A stretch of 16,277 nucleotides of DNA, from NCBI GenBank assembly GCA_964014485.1, contig CAXHAT010000178.1:1-16277 (forward strand), written 5' to 3'. Source of the stretch: an uncultured Deferribacteres bacterium (lineage in GTDB: Bacteria; Zhuqueibacterota; Zhuqueibacteria; Zhuqueibacterales; Geothermadaptataceae). This document shows, in pieces, positions 7,438-16,277 of the stretch. The translations under genes were made by a program, and so were the position numbers. Each line of letters starts with the position of its first letter. The stretch's first letter is position 1. The notes under the pieces were generated by a model. The model made no database searches. It saw nothing but the letters and a program-made list of their open reading frames with translations, and was not told the origin of the DNA.

Positions 7438-7863
7438 TCAGCGGGCCCTGGACGTCAAGGCGATGGCGCCGGCGCTGTGATTAGCGCCATATTTCATTGT
7501 TGCCTCGCTGGCGCTCAAATATCTGATTTCGGAAACGTCCGCGACATAGATGCTGCGCAACTCATTAATATCGCCGCGTTTGACATTGTCAACATAGACA
7601 ATCGGGTAGCGATTCGACGAAGTTGTACCGCCTACCGCCTTTGGGATTAAAAAATTTGGACGTAAGTATTGGACTGCGTCATAAACGCTTTGGTTTGGCG
7701 TGACTGAATTTGAAGTAGCGAGTTCGTCAGCCGTGATAACCCGCGATGAACGTTTTTTCGGTTTTTTTTCACCATCTGCTCCGGTTCCGTCACTTGAGCC
7801 GGCGCATGCCGCCAAACTACAAAAAAACATGCCTATGGCTATAAATCGTAACAAAACTTTCAT
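7438..7863 (-). CDS. Lipoprotein consisting of a stand-alone TonB-dependent receptor plug-like domain, about 141 aa
   Basis: Start moved to ATG 7863 (GGGAGAG upstream). Lipobox LAA-C. Plug-like motifs VITADEL, SVYDAV, PIVYVDNV, LRSIYVADVSEIRYL, ATMKYG...AGAIALTSR. The ORF stops directly after the plug. Confidence 0.8.
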   Translation of the reverse strand: MKVLLRFIAIGMFFCSLAACAGSSDGTGADGEKKPKKRSSRVITADELATSNSVTPNQSVYDAVQYLRPNFLIPKAVGGTTSSNRYPIVYVDNVKRGDINELRSIYVADVSEIRYLSASEATMKYGANHSAGAIALTSRAR

Positions 7864-8163
7864 CTTTCGCTCTCCCTGGTTTTTGGCCTGCGTTATTAAG
7901 AAATTTGAATTGAATATACTGAGCGTGTAAAATGATGCACCATAATTCAGCCCAAAAGTTTCATTTTTGGGCGTGTGGGAAGGCTCGATTCGGCCTTCAA
8001 ACGGCAGCGTATTGTTATCGCAATCCCTGTTTGAATTATCAGGGAAGAATGCTTTTGCAGCATTGGGACAAGAGTTCAGAGATATCGTTTTTGGCACAAC
8101 AATCTTGAGTTTTCCTTGTGTTCTTTTACATTTCAAAACTAAAATTCTAAAGTCAAGTTGACG

Positions 8164-8191
8164 TGAAACTTTCAATAGGCGGTCACGTCAT
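8164..8191 (+). promoter_or_regulatory. ECF sigma factor promoter (SigW/SigM-like)
   Basis: TGAAAC (8164-8169), 16-nt spacer, CGTCAT (8186-8191), about 60 nt upstream of the ATG at 8251. Confidence 0.7.
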
Positions 8192-8250
8192 AGAGGACAG
8201 TCAGCTCAAGAGCATTCCCTTTTTATAATATAGTTCGAACGGAGGAAAAC

Positions 8251-8958
8251 ATGGCGAAAGATCAAAGCAGACTCTGGCTGGGAGTAATCCTGATTGTTTT
8301 AGGCGCGCTTTTTTTATTACATGAAAGCCGCTTTTTTTATGTCCAGGAAGAAACGATTATTTCTATTGTTTTTGCCCTTGGCGGGCTCGCGCTGTTGAAT
8401 AATTATCGCCAAACTAGAGACAATTGGAAATTGATTCTTGGCGGCGCATTGCTTTTTATCGGATTTGTCATCTTCAATGCAGGCATGGGTTTGATTGACG
8501 ATGATTTCATCGGGGTATTCTTTCTCTGGGCAATTGCACTGGCGTTCTTGAGCGTTTACGTAAAGAATCCGAAAATCTGGTGGCCGATCATTCCCGGCGG
8601 CGTCCTGCTGACAATTGGAACGATGGTCGCAATTGAACAGGTTTGGTGGAGCTTGGGTGACTTAAACGGCGTGTTCTTTTTTGTCGGAATCGGTGCGACA
8701 TTCGGGTATCTTTATAAGATCCGCAACGAAGAGAATAAGCTGGCTTGGGCGAAATGGCCCGCGGTTGCCGCTCTCGCATTGAGCGTTGTCGTTTTCGCGG
8801 GCGAGACTTTCCGGAACGCAGAAGATTATATTTTTCCGATCTTGTTGATCGGCGTTGGCTTGTTCTTGATCGCCAGAAATCTGAAACGAGAAAAGAATGG
8901 CGCAGAACCGCCGCAAATGTCAGATTCCGGAGAAACTCAGGTCTCCGTTTCTTCCTGA
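8251..8958 (+). CDS. Multi-pass membrane protein with LiaF/LiaI-like N-terminal helix
   Basis: GGAGG RBS. RLWLGVILIVLGALFLL, about 8 TM segments, WWPIIPGGVL, IFPILLIGVGLFLI. Confidence 0.75.
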   Translation: MAKDQSRLWLGVILIVLGALFLLHESRFFYVQEETIISIVFALGGLALLNNYRQTRDNWKLILGGALLFIGFVIFNAGMGLIDDDFIGVFFLWAIALAFLSVYVKNPKIWWPIIPGGVLLTIGTMVAIEQVWWSLGDLNGVFFFVGIGATFGYLYKIRNEENKLAWAKWPAVAALALSVVVFAGETFRNAEDYIFPILLIGVGLFLIARNLKREKNGAEPPQMSDSGETQVSVSS

Positions 8959-8984
8959 ATTCGACAAAAAATTGAGCTTTTAAG

Positions 8985-9020
8985 AAAAAGCCGTCTCGGC
9001 AAATCGAGACGGCTTTTTTT
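8985..9020 (+). terminator. Intrinsic terminator (possibly bidirectional)
   Basis: AAAAAGCCGTCTCG-gcaaat-CGAGACGGCTTTTTTT. Confidence 0.9.
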
Positions 9021-9031
9021 GTTTCACCCGG

Positions 9032-9060
9032 TTGCATTTAAGTGAAAAGCGCCATATCTT
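9032..9060 (+). promoter_or_regulatory. Putative sigma70 promoter of serB-selA
   Basis: TTGCAT (9032-9037), 17-nt spacer, TATCTT (9055-9060). Confidence 0.6.
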
Positions 9061-9096
9061 GCGCGTCGATTTTACAATCATTGAACGAGACTCAAA

Positions 9097-10299
9097 ATGC
9101 AGCAACATCACTATCTTGCCGTTACTTACATGGGCAAGTACCAACAGTATATTTTGGCGGATATTACCGGCATTCTCACCGATTCAAAGCTTAACATCGT
9201 TGCAGTCGAGCAAAACTCCCTGCTAGGTTTGAGCATTGTTATGTTGATCGCCGAGACGCTGGAACCTGAAGACACAATCACCAAAGCGCGCGGGCGATTA
9301 TTGGAGCAATTCCGACAATCGGGTCTTGACGTTCGTGTGGAAATCGTTTCCCCGCAAGAAGCTGACGTCTCCGGACGGAAAAAGCTGCAGGTTTTCACCA
9401 TTGTTGGTCGTGACCGGGTCGGAATTCTGAAGGCGATCACCAATACCCTGGCGAATTTTCGGGTGCGTATCGAGCGTATGAATCACATCGCCAAAGGAGA
9501 GCTGGTCGTTCTGGAATTATGGGTGGATGCGAGCGAGTTGCGTGACCTTGCCGTTTTGAAAGAAGTTATTCAAAGCACCTGTGATCGAGAAGGCTTCGAC
9601 GTTATCATCCAGCCGGAATCACCCTTTAGGCAGCGGCGGCGGCTGGTCGTTTTTGATATGGATAATACGATTATCGAGGGCGAGATTATTGATGAACTTG
9701 CCAAAGCCGCCAAAGTCGGCGAGCGTGTTTCGAGTATAACTGAACGTGCGATGGCCGGTGAGCTTGATTTTGAGCAGGCTCTGCGGGAACGCGTCACTAT
9801 GCTCAAAGGATTATCTGAAGAAACGCTAGAAGATGTTGCCGAAAGCATGAATCTAACAGAAGGCGCTGAAGAAGTTGTTCGGACGCTGAAGGGCATGGGA
9901 TTCAAGCTTGCCCTCATTTCCGGCGGCTTTACTTTTTTTGCTAATCGACTCAAAGAACGTCTTGGATTCGATCATGTTTACGCGAATCATTTGGAAATTG
10001 TCGACGGCATTGTCACTGGCGATCTTGAGGGGGAAATTATCGACAAAGAAGCAAAGGGCCGGATTCTCGGGGAAATTGCAGCGAAAGAGGGCGTAACAAA
10101 AGAAGAGATTGTTGCGATTGGCGATGGCGCCAACGATGAAATTATGTTACGCAACGCGGGCTTCGGCATTGCGTTTAATGCAAACCAAATTCTCAAGAAA
10201 ATCGCCGACGGCCAACTCACGCGGAACAATTTGAGCGGCCTGCTCTATTGTCTCGGAGCGACGGAACGAACCATTCAAGACATGGCCGAGTCGTTGTGA
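9097..10299 (+). CDS. serB: Phosphoserine phosphatase SerB with two N-terminal ACT domains
   Basis: ACT domains (TIVGRDRVGILKAIT). HAD motifs RLVVFDMDNT, ITERAMAGELDF..ALRERV..LKG, LISGGF, K, AIGDGAND..ML..AG.GIAFNA. Confidence 0.95.
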   Translation: MQQHHYLAVTYMGKYQQYILADITGILTDSKLNIVAVEQNSLLGLSIVMLIAETLEPEDTITKARGRLLEQFRQSGLDVRVEIVSPQEADVSGRKKLQVFTIVGRDRVGILKAITNTLANFRVRIERMNHIAKGELVVLELWVDASELRDLAVLKEVIQSTCDREGFDVIIQPESPFRQRRRLVVFDMDNTIIEGEIIDELAKAAKVGERVSSITERAMAGELDFEQALRERVTMLKGLSEETLEDVAESMNLTEGAEEVVRTLKGMGFKLALISGGFTFFANRLKERLGFDHVYANHLEIVDGIVTGDLEGEIIDKEAKGRILGEIAAKEGVTKEEIVAIGDGANDEIMLRNAGFGIAFNANQILKKIADGQLTRNNLSGLLYCLGATERTIQDMAESL

Positions 10300-11711
10300 T
10301 GAACGAAGAGAATCGCCGAGAACTTCTGCGAGCGTTGCCCGGAGTGGATGCTTTTGCAAATTCAGATCGAGTTCAAAAATACTCAACGAAAATATCTTCA
10401 AAGATTCTTACCGAAATCGCAAGAGACGCTGTCGAAAATACGCGCGCCAAGATATTGCAGGACGACTTTCCAGGCATGAATACCCAAGAAGTGCCGAGCC
10501 AGGTGGAACGCGTTTTCTTAGAGCAAATTGAAGCTCTCCTGCAGCCTTCGCTCAAGAAAGTGATTAACGGTACAGGCGTCGTTTTGCATACTGGTTTAGG
10601 GCGGGCGGTGCTGAGCGCTGCTGCCGCTGACCACACCAAGACTCTCCTTGAAAGCTATACAAATCTCGAATTCGACTTAGTAAGCGGCAAGCGAGGCGAC
10701 AGAACCAAGCATGTGGATGGCTTGATTTGCCGCTTAACGGGCGCAGAAGCTGCATGTGTTGTCAACAACAACGCAGCTGCGGTGCTGATTGCTTTGAATT
10801 CACTCGCGAACCGGAAGGAAGTGGTTGTTTCCCGCGGCGAACTGGTGGAAATTGGCGGTTCGTTTCGCATTCCCGACGTGATGAAGAAGAGCGGCGCCAA
10901 AATGGTGGAAGTTGGCACGACGAACAAAACGCATTTGCACGACTTTGAAAACGCCGTGTCATCACGAACGGCTGCATTTCTGAGCGTCCACACTTCGAAT
11001 TATCGCGTACAAGGCTTTACGGCTCAAGTCGAACTAGGCGAGTTGACAAAGTTGGCTCATGCGAACGAAGTTGCCGTAATCCACGATTTAGGCGGCGGCG
11101 TTTTTGTTGATTTGGCTGAATTCGATCTGCCGCAAGAACCGGTGGTTAGTGACAGCATCAAAGCCGGCTGCGACGTTATCACATTCAGCGGTGACAAAGT
11201 GCTTGGCGGTCCGCAATGCGGCGTGATTGTTGGGAAGTCTGATTTCATAAAGAAAATCAAGAAAAATCCGCTGATGCGCGCGCTTCGGTGTGATAAATTG
11301 ACCTATGCTTTGCTTGAGGAAACGCTGCGGCTTTTTCTCAATCCTGATAATCTGCCGCAACATCATGTCGTTTTAAAAATGATGACGGAGTCGTCGCAGA
11401 ATCTTGAAGTGCGAGCTGAAAATCTGCTAAATCAATTGGGGCGTGTTAAGCCGGAGATCGAAATCAGCCTGGAACGCACGTTTGCGAGTGCGGGCAGCGG
11501 CGCCTTGCCCTTGGAAAAAATTCCCAGTTTTGCTTTAATCATCCGTCTTACGCGCAAAAGAAGCGTCTCAGATTTGGCTCGCAAGTTCCGGCTTTCAAAC
11601 CCAGCCGTCGTAGGGTATGTACAGAACAACCGCTTCTGTATCGACCTGCGCACAATCCAACCTCGCGAAGATATCTCACTGCTCAAAGCGCTGAAATTAC
11701 ATCTTTGTTGA
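10299..11711 (+). CDS. selA: L-seryl-tRNA(Sec) selenium transferase (selenocysteine synthase)
   Basis: ATG 10299 overlaps the serB stop (TGATG). Motifs LRALPGVD, VINGTGVVLHTGLGRA, NLEFDL..GKRG.R, VVNNNAAA, VSRGELVEIGGSFRIPDVM, EVGTTNKT, FSGDKVLGGPQ (PLP lysine), PLMRALRCDK, DLRT. Confidence 0.96.
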   Translation: MNEENRRELLRALPGVDAFANSDRVQKYSTKISSKILTEIARDAVENTRAKILQDDFPGMNTQEVPSQVERVFLEQIEALLQPSLKKVINGTGVVLHTGLGRAVLSAAAADHTKTLLESYTNLEFDLVSGKRGDRTKHVDGLICRLTGAEAACVVNNNAAAVLIALNSLANRKEVVVSRGELVEIGGSFRIPDVMKKSGAKMVEVGTTNKTHLHDFENAVSSRTAAFLSVHTSNYRVQGFTAQVELGELTKLAHANEVAVIHDLGGGVFVDLAEFDLPQEPVVSDSIKAGCDVITFSGDKVLGGPQCGVIVGKSDFIKKIKKNPLMRALRCDKLTYALLEETLRLFLNPDNLPQHHVVLKMMTESSQNLEVRAENLLNQLGRVKPEIEISLERTFASAGSGALPLEKIPSFALIIRLTRKRSVSDLARKFRLSNPAVVGYVQNNRFCIDLRTIQPREDISLLKALKLHLC

Positions 11712-11726
11712 TCTTCCAAAAAAATC

Positions 11727-11754
11727 TTGACTTTTAGTGTTTCGCGTCTATATT
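11727..11754 (+). promoter_or_regulatory. Putative sigma70 promoter of groESL
   Basis: TTGACT (11727-11732), 16-nt spacer, TATATT (11749-11754), directly upstream of CIRCE. Confidence 0.65.
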
Positions 11755-11768
11755 AGTTGGTCGTTTTT

Positions 11769-11795
11769 TTAGCACTGCTCGTCGAGGAGTGCCAG
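11769..11795 (+). promoter_or_regulatory. CIRCE element (HrcA operator)
   Basis: TTAGCACTG-N9-GAGTGCCAG versus consensus TTAGCACTC-N9-GAGTGCTAA, between the promoter and groES. Confidence 0.88.
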
Positions 11796-11841
11796 GGAAT
11801 CATCTCCAAACAACTGATTGAATTCATACAAGGAGGATAAC

Positions 11842-12126
11842 ATGAACATTAAACCATTGGCGGATCGCGTTGTGGTTAAGCCATTGGAGCAGGATGAAGT
11901 CAAGCAAGGCTCGATCATCATTCCTGACACCGCAAAAGAGAAACCGATGCAAGGCGAAGTGGTTGCAATCGGTTCGGGTAAAATTTCCGACAGCGGCAAT
12001 ACCGTTGCGATGGAAGTCAAAGCCGGCGACACTGTTTTGTACGGCAAGTATTCCGGCACCGAAGTCACCGTTGACGGTACGGATTACCTGATTATGAGAG
12101 AAAGCGATATTATGGCGATAGTCTAA
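11842..12126 (+). CDS. groES: Co-chaperonin GroES
   Basis: ATG 11842 after [52 protein letters not shown]. Confidence 0.99.
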   Translation: MNIKPLADRVVVKPLEQDEVKQGSIIIPDTAKEKPMQGEVVAIGSGKISDSGNTVAMEVKAGDTVLYGKYSGTEVTVDGTDYLIMRESDIMAIV

Positions 12127-12185
12127 GCCTTTATCGCTTTTTGTTTTTTAAACCACTTTAGCAAATTTGGACAGAAGATTTTTAA

Positions 12186-13838
<1,653 letters not shown>

Positions 13839-13860
13839 GCCCAGGCTAAGTTCATCTTAC

Positions 13861-13895
13861 AAAAGCCCCGTTCATTCGATTGGACGGGGCTTTTT
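13861..13895 (+). terminator. Intrinsic terminator of groESL
   Basis: AAAAGCCCCGTTCA-ttcgat-TGGACGGGGCTTTTT. Confidence 0.9.
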
Positions 13896-13932
13896 CATTT
13901 TTTATGGTTACTTAGCCCGAGTTTGGAGCGAT

Positions 13933-14160
13933 GGAGTGCAAAGCTTGCTTTGCTTTTCACTTCAGAGAAAGTCTGCGATGAATTAGCCTGGATAATTCAC
14001 AAACGTCATTCCCGCGCAGGCGGGAATCCAGTAAAATTATTGGCTTAGGTGCAATTCTGGGTACCTTCCGAGGCTTCGGGACGGGTATGACGTTTTGGGG
14101 ATTTGAGCGTGAAGTGACAGTTTATGAATTGCCCAGGTTAGCAAGGCAAGCTTTGCACTC
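13933..14160. repeat. REP/REPIN-like inverted doublet, copy 2 (GGAGTGC-AAGCTTGC family)
   Basis: 13934-13954 GAGTGCAAAGCTTGCTTTGCT versus reverse complement of 14140-14160, GAGTGCAAAGCTTGCCTTGCT (20/21). Inner pair TCACTTCA 13957-13964 / TGAAGTGA 14110-14117. Confidence 0.88.
14001..14095. repeat. GTCATTCCCGC-GCGGGAATCCAG (dRS3-like) palindromic doublet nested in REP-like copy 2
   Basis: 14001-14031 AAACGTCATTCCCGCGCAGGCGGGAATCCAG contains ATTCCC-N8-GGGAAT. Degenerate inverted partner at 14057-14095: CTGGGTACC...CGGGTATGACGTTT. Confidence 0.8.
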
Positions 14161-14194
14161 TTTTTTGCCGAAGAACGACACGGGAGACAAAAGA

Positions 14195-14686
14195 ATGCTT
14201 TTCGAACGCGAAATTCAACTCAACGAGTTCCTGATTTCCTACCTGAAATTGTTGATGAAGGGAATTGGCGACGACATTCTTTTTAAAGGTCAGTTGGACG
14301 GCGTGAACTCGCCGGGGTGGTGTTTGGGACATTTGGCGACTGAAGGTGACAAGGCGCTAAATGTCATCGGCATTGCGCGTTCAAGCCCTGAATCATGGGA
14401 CAATCTATTTTTGATGAAAGCGACAGGCATTGACGATAAAACGATCTTCCCCAAGAAATCGGAACTCACCGCCGCCGTTTCAGAAACGTACCAGAAGTTG
14501 CGCAGCGCCGCCGCTAATTTTGACGAAGCGTTTATTGGAGCGGAATGTCCCAGCCAATTCTTAAAACCCGTTCTGCCGACGCAAGGCTTGCTTTTCGCTC
14601 ACATGCTGACCACTCACGTCGCAATGCACGCAGGTAACATTGCCGCTTGGCGACGGACTCATGGATTTGGACCGTTACTTGGGTAA
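14195..14686 (+). CDS. DinB-family protein (DinB_2-like), about 163 aa
   Basis: Start moved to ATG 14195 (GGGAGA upstream; the longer ORF begins inside the repeat). NSPGWCLGHLA and HVAMHAGNIAAWRR supply the three His ligands typical of the DinB superfamily. Confidence 0.85.
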   Translation: MLFEREIQLNEFLISYLKLLMKGIGDDILFKGQLDGVNSPGWCLGHLATEGDKALNVIGIARSSPESWDNLFLMKATGIDDKTIFPKKSELTAAVSETYQKLRSAAANFDEAFIGAECPSQFLKPVLPTQGLLFAHMLTTHVAMHAGNIAAWRRTHGFGPLLG

Positions 14687-14730
14687 TCCGAAATTTTTGA
14701 TTTACATTTAAAATTCTTACTCTCTAAAAA

Positions 14731-15426
14731 ATGAAGCAACCCACCCAAAAACAACTTGGCCAGTTAGAAGTTTACGAAATCAAAAACGGCGATGACTTCC
14801 CGTACATCGTTCTGTTCCATGGCTATGGCGCAAACGCCTTTGACCTCATGCCGCTGCACCAGGTTATTGCAACGAACAAAAAAGTGAATTGGCTTTTTCC
14901 GCAAGGCTTGATGGACGTTCACCTTGGCATGGGGATGATGGGAAAAGCATGGTTTCCAATAGATGTTGAAGCCTTCGAGCGTGCAATGATGCAGGGCGAA
15001 TTACGCGATCTGTCAAGAACGCTGCCTGAAGGCTTTGAAAACGCTCGCAATGCTGCTATTTCCATGCTCAAGGCGTTAAAAGTTCCGTTGGATAAAATCG
15101 TCATCGGCGGCTTCAGTCAGGGAGCCATGCTGGCTACCGACTTATCTTTGCGCTTCAAGAAACCGCCGCTTGCGAGTTTGATCCTTTCCGGAACGCTTCT
15201 GGATGAAAAAAACTGGCAAAAACTCTGCGAACAACGCGCCGGTTATAAACTCTTCCAAAGCCACGGCAAATCCGACCCTTTGCTGCCGTTCCAAATGGCG
15301 CAGCGCCTGCACGAAGTTTTTACTTCAGCCAACCTCGATGCGTCATTCCGTCCTTTCCAAGGCGGGCATGAAATTCCTCAGAGCGTCGTAACGGACGTCA
15401 ACGCATTCTTGGATGATATATTGTGA
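14731..15426 (+). CDS. Phospholipase/carboxylesterase (alpha/beta hydrolase)
   Basis: LFHGYGAN, AWF, GGFSQGA (nucleophile Ser), SHGKSDPLL (Asp), GGHEIP (His). Confidence 0.93.
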   Translation: MKQPTQKQLGQLEVYEIKNGDDFPYIVLFHGYGANAFDLMPLHQVIATNKKVNWLFPQGLMDVHLGMGMMGKAWFPIDVEAFERAMMQGELRDLSRTLPEGFENARNAAISMLKALKVPLDKIVIGGFSQGAMLATDLSLRFKKPPLASLILSGTLLDEKNWQKLCEQRAGYKLFQSHGKSDPLLPFQMAQRLHEVFTSANLDASFRPFQGGHEIPQSVVTDVNAFLDDIL

Positions 15427-15444
15427 GTTGATTTGAGAAAACGC

Positions 15445-16251
15445 TTATCGCAGGTCAGGCGGCCCGTCTCGAACTTCGATTACCCGCTTGACCACGTTTT
15501 TTGAGCCAAATAAGCCATACCCGCCCGTGACGCCGCCTCGATCAAAACCGTCGACGGCAAATCGCCGGAAATTTTCGTCGAACGCCTCGACAAAAATATC
15601 ATAAGTTCCGGCATGAAAAAAAACGTGTTCAGGGATGATCGTCTGCGTTTCCGAGGTCTCATAGTACTGCGTCCAGCGCCGGAAAACCGATGTGTCCGGC
15701 GATACGACAATTTCTTCCGGCGGGCGGACGACGCCGACCCTGTACCACGCCGCGCCCGCGCTTGCCGACCACGAAACATTCAGAGCTTGTTCCGTGAAAA
15801 AATCACTCGTTTCAGCGGGCTGAAACATCTCGAAATCCCCCGGGACGGTGGTTTCGCCCGTAATCACCCCGGCGTCGGTTTCCACTAACAATTCGAACGT
15901 CTCGCCTGGAACAACGCGCAGCGAATCCGGCGCATCGACAAACCACTGCATCTCGAAAACGCTGCCGTCAAAGAAGGCGGTGTCGCGCTGAACGAAGTAG
16001 TGGAAGCGAATTTCCTGCGCAGCGTTTTTTACGAAAACCTGTGCATCGCGGACAAACAACGTCTCTCGGTCTACCGCTTCATCGATTTTGTCCGTTGAAT
16101 AATAAATCTGGATGATCTGCGGCGCTGGCCCGGTCGTAAGAATCGCGTCAACGCTTGCTTCCCGAACAAATTCCGACGAATTTTCATGACAATTCCAACC
16201 CATCATCAGCAGTATTAGCAGCGCAGTCCGGCATTTTTTTCGAACAAGCAT
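15445..16251 (-). CDS. DUF4249-like secreted protein, probably a lipoprotein
   Basis: Basic N-terminus, hydrophobic stretch and Cys (LILLMMGWN-C). VDAIL, PGETFELLVET, ITGETTVP, C-terminal GVTGGYGLFGS. Confidence 0.65.
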   Translation of the reverse strand: MLVRKKCRTALLILLMMGWNCHENSSEFVREASVDAILTTGPAPQIIQIYYSTDKIDEAVDRETLFVRDAQVFVKNAAQEIRFHYFVQRDTAFFDGSVFEMQWFVDAPDSLRVVPGETFELLVETDAGVITGETTVPGDFEMFQPAETSDFFTEQALNVSWSASAGAAWYRVGVVRPPEEIVVSPDTSVFRRWTQYYETSETQTIIPEHVFFHAGTYDIFVEAFDENFRRFAVDGFDRGGVTGGYGLFGSKNVVKRVIEVRDGPPDLR

Positions 16252-16277
16252 AGTTTTCCCCGCATGAATATTAAAAT

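Noticed and set aside
8091..8110. Sigma54 promoter (TTGGCAC...)
   Set aside because: No GC at the -12 position.
7864..8175. 104-aa N-terminal extension of the plug lipoprotein ORF
   Set aside because: AT-rich promoter region. RBS and lipoprotein signal point to ATG 7863.
11706..11760. selA ends TGT-TGA, suggesting a Cys-Sec read-through
   Set aside because: No SECIS-like hairpin; the downstream sequence is the groESL promoter and SelA is already full length.
13934..14160. GAGTGCAAA / TTTGCACTC as a second CIRCE
   Set aside because: Half-sites are in reverse order and about 200 bp apart; better explained as REP-like arms.
14087..14194. Longer start for the DinB ORF
   Set aside because: The ATG lies within the palindromic repeat. 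ATG 14195 has an RBS and gives a typical DinB length.
16271..16277. Possible Phe-stop end of an upstream TonB-dependent receptor on the minus strand
   Set aside because: Only 7 nt visible. Consistent with DUF4249 context but not supportable.

Overview
Bacterial chromosomal window of housekeeping and envelope genes. A T9SS-like CTD (PNPFNP motif), DUF5916- and DUF4249-like proteins and a CIRCE element suggest an FCB-related lineage such as KSB1/Calditrichota; this is inference. Gene order: secreted CYTH-like protein (-), divergent purple acid phosphatase with CTD (+), MATE pump (-), CBM9/DUF5916-like outer-membrane protein (-), stand-alone TonB-plug-like lipoprotein (-), LiaF-like membrane protein under an ECF-type promoter (+), serB-selA overlapping at TGATG (+), CIRCE-groES-groEL (+), DinB-family protein (+), carboxylesterase (+), DUF4249-like protein (-). 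The most unusual signals are non-coding. Three intergenic regions (about 3033-3370, 4798-4924 and 13933-14160) hold miniature inverted-repeat elements from four repeat families, two of them nested one inside another, with no transposase in the window. Other candidates are an orphan plug lipoprotein beside a barrel with no recognisable plug, a signal-peptide-bearing CYTH protein paired with a secreted phosphatase, and tandem UGA-UGA coupling of serB to selA. All family calls come from motif recognition by eye; no searches were run.
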